A DNA stretch of 64,000 bases from Macrostomum lignano (Eukaryota), in NCBI GenBank assembly GCA_002269645.1, contig NIVC01003505.1:1-64000 (forward strand). The letters are read 5' to 3'. Positions 62,481 to 64,000 of this stretch are shown piece after piece. The position numbers and the translations under genes are program-made. The stretch's first letter is position 1. The number at the start of each line of letters is the position of its first letter. The notes under the pieces are model-generated. The model had not been told where the DNA came from. It ran no database searches and saw only the letters and a program-made list of their open reading frames with translations.

Positions 62481-64000
62481 AGACAGCAAAATCTCTTTAG
62501 TGGTGTAGCACAAATTAAAAGCCCCATTTTCAGAAGTATGCCAATCAACTCCAGTAAAGAAAAGTGGGTATATTGAGAATGACTAAATTTAGCCCCTTTA
62601 GATGCTCCAACTATGTATAGAGAGCCCGCATTTGTAGTGGCTTGCTATGAGCCAGTGTGAGGTAATGTAAAGTCAGCCATTTTTATTTTTTGCAACTATA
62701 ACAAAGTGCACATAAAGGAATATTTTTAAGCCCTTGCTGTTAATTGCAAAAAAGTTTTACTCATGTTTTTTTAAACTGCATAGCAATATTATGTACATAT
62801 AGATTTTACATTTTAATAAAATTTAAAAAATGATACAGGTAGGTAGTGAATTTTTGCCACTCATTTGCGACTAAATCTAAATGCTACTAACAAGCATTTT
62901 TTCATTGTTTTAGTCTGTTTTCTCAATTGTAATTTCATTTTTTAATCATTTAATATGGAAAAAAAATATTTTCTTATAAAAAAATGACTAGCAATTTGAT
63001 TGGTATTCGCTAGCAATTATTTGCTGGCAATTATTTGTCACCAAATCGCCACTGAATCGCCAACAGTTTTAAAACAAAGAAAAATGAAATGACCAATTTT
63101 TTTCATGAAACACATCATTTGAAATCCCCAGAGGCAATATTTTGCCAAGAAAAAAATTCCAGAGGGATATGCCAAAAATTCTGATGTACAAATGTGTGAT
63201 GAATTATTTTCTTGTGGTTGCCATTTAAATTTGTTTAATCATACATAAAATTGAAAATATTGTAAATATTATGAATACTTTATAATCTCCTTTGCTTTAA
63301 TTTGCAGTTAAAAAAACCAATACTAGATACAAGAACCATTAGCAAGAAAAATCAACTCTGTGTGCACTTATTTACTTCTTTTAAGTTTATATATATATAT
63401 TTAGCAACATTGAAAAATTGCCACTCTATGCCCTAAGGAGCAATTTCCCTTGGACTATTCTTAAATAAAAGATTAAAAAACTGAGAGATGGCTTTGATTT
63501 ATCTAACTAGGCAACCACAGATAGAATATTTTGTGATGGCAACATTTTAATGTTGCTAAGTATAAAAAGTATTGCACAAATACTACTTTCTATCTTTGTT
63601 ATTTAGGAGCATTTTAAGTCCCAAGATTAGAACTCACTCCATTCTTAGAGAATGAGACCTCTAGATTTAGATGTAATGTAAGCCATGACCCTTTGATCTT
63701 GGGAATGCCCAGGACTAAGAGAAAAACCCTAATAAGAGAGAGCCATAGGATAGGATAAATCGGAATTTGTGGACAAAGGGTGTCTGACCATCTGTTACAA
63801 TTTTGAAATTGTCCAGTGTTGTTGTGGCTGAAGTCAAAGCAGATAATATTGTGGCTTGGTGCAGTTTTGGGTAAACAGCAAGAGTAACTATAACTGTCTT
63901 ATTAAGGCTAAATGCCTCATCATCTAATTAGAACTATGCCTGTATTAAATGCAAAAGTTAACATGTTCTATGTCATATTGCATTTTTGAGCTACAATTTT

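Larger units (their letters stand above)
57780..63166 (-). mobile_element. Decayed EnSpm/Mirage (CMC) DNA transposon interrupted by Helitron copy B
   Basis: 10-bp TIR CCCTCTGGAA / TTCCAGAGGG; subterminal TTGCCA(G) repeats at both ends; transposase remnants inside; TSD not evident. Confidence 0.7.

Overview
Repeat-rich animal genomic DNA (spliced genes with GT-AG introns, a CORE-type SINE, poly-Gln/Ala proteins). The style suggests a spiralian such as a free-living flatworm, but that is inference only. Three host genes: the first coding exon of an aromatic L-amino-acid decarboxylase family gene (minus strand, 18300-18500; the rest must lie left of the window), a two-exon Tob gene (plus, 24045-25076), and a four-exon Axin gene (minus, 50600-35219, about 775 aa with RGS, GSK3-binding, beta-catenin-binding and DIX regions). 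The left 16.4 kb holds an intact, endonuclease-less Helentron/Helitron2-type (HLE2) RepHel gene. It gains two upstream spliced exons and has an unusual chromatin-binding-like N-terminus (AT-hook-like GRP, HMGN-like RRSSRLSAK, SPRK repeats, OTU protease). It is followed by a 4.3-kb satellite and bounded by a 13-bp inverted repeat, next to an intact DD34D mariner that lacks one TIR. The right end has two inverted 3.0-kb non-autonomous Helitrons, a hAT MITE and a decayed EnSpm/Mirage element. About 17-18 kb of the window is tandem repeat of at least 16 different units; most long ORFs in the ORF track outside the named genes are artefacts of these arrays.
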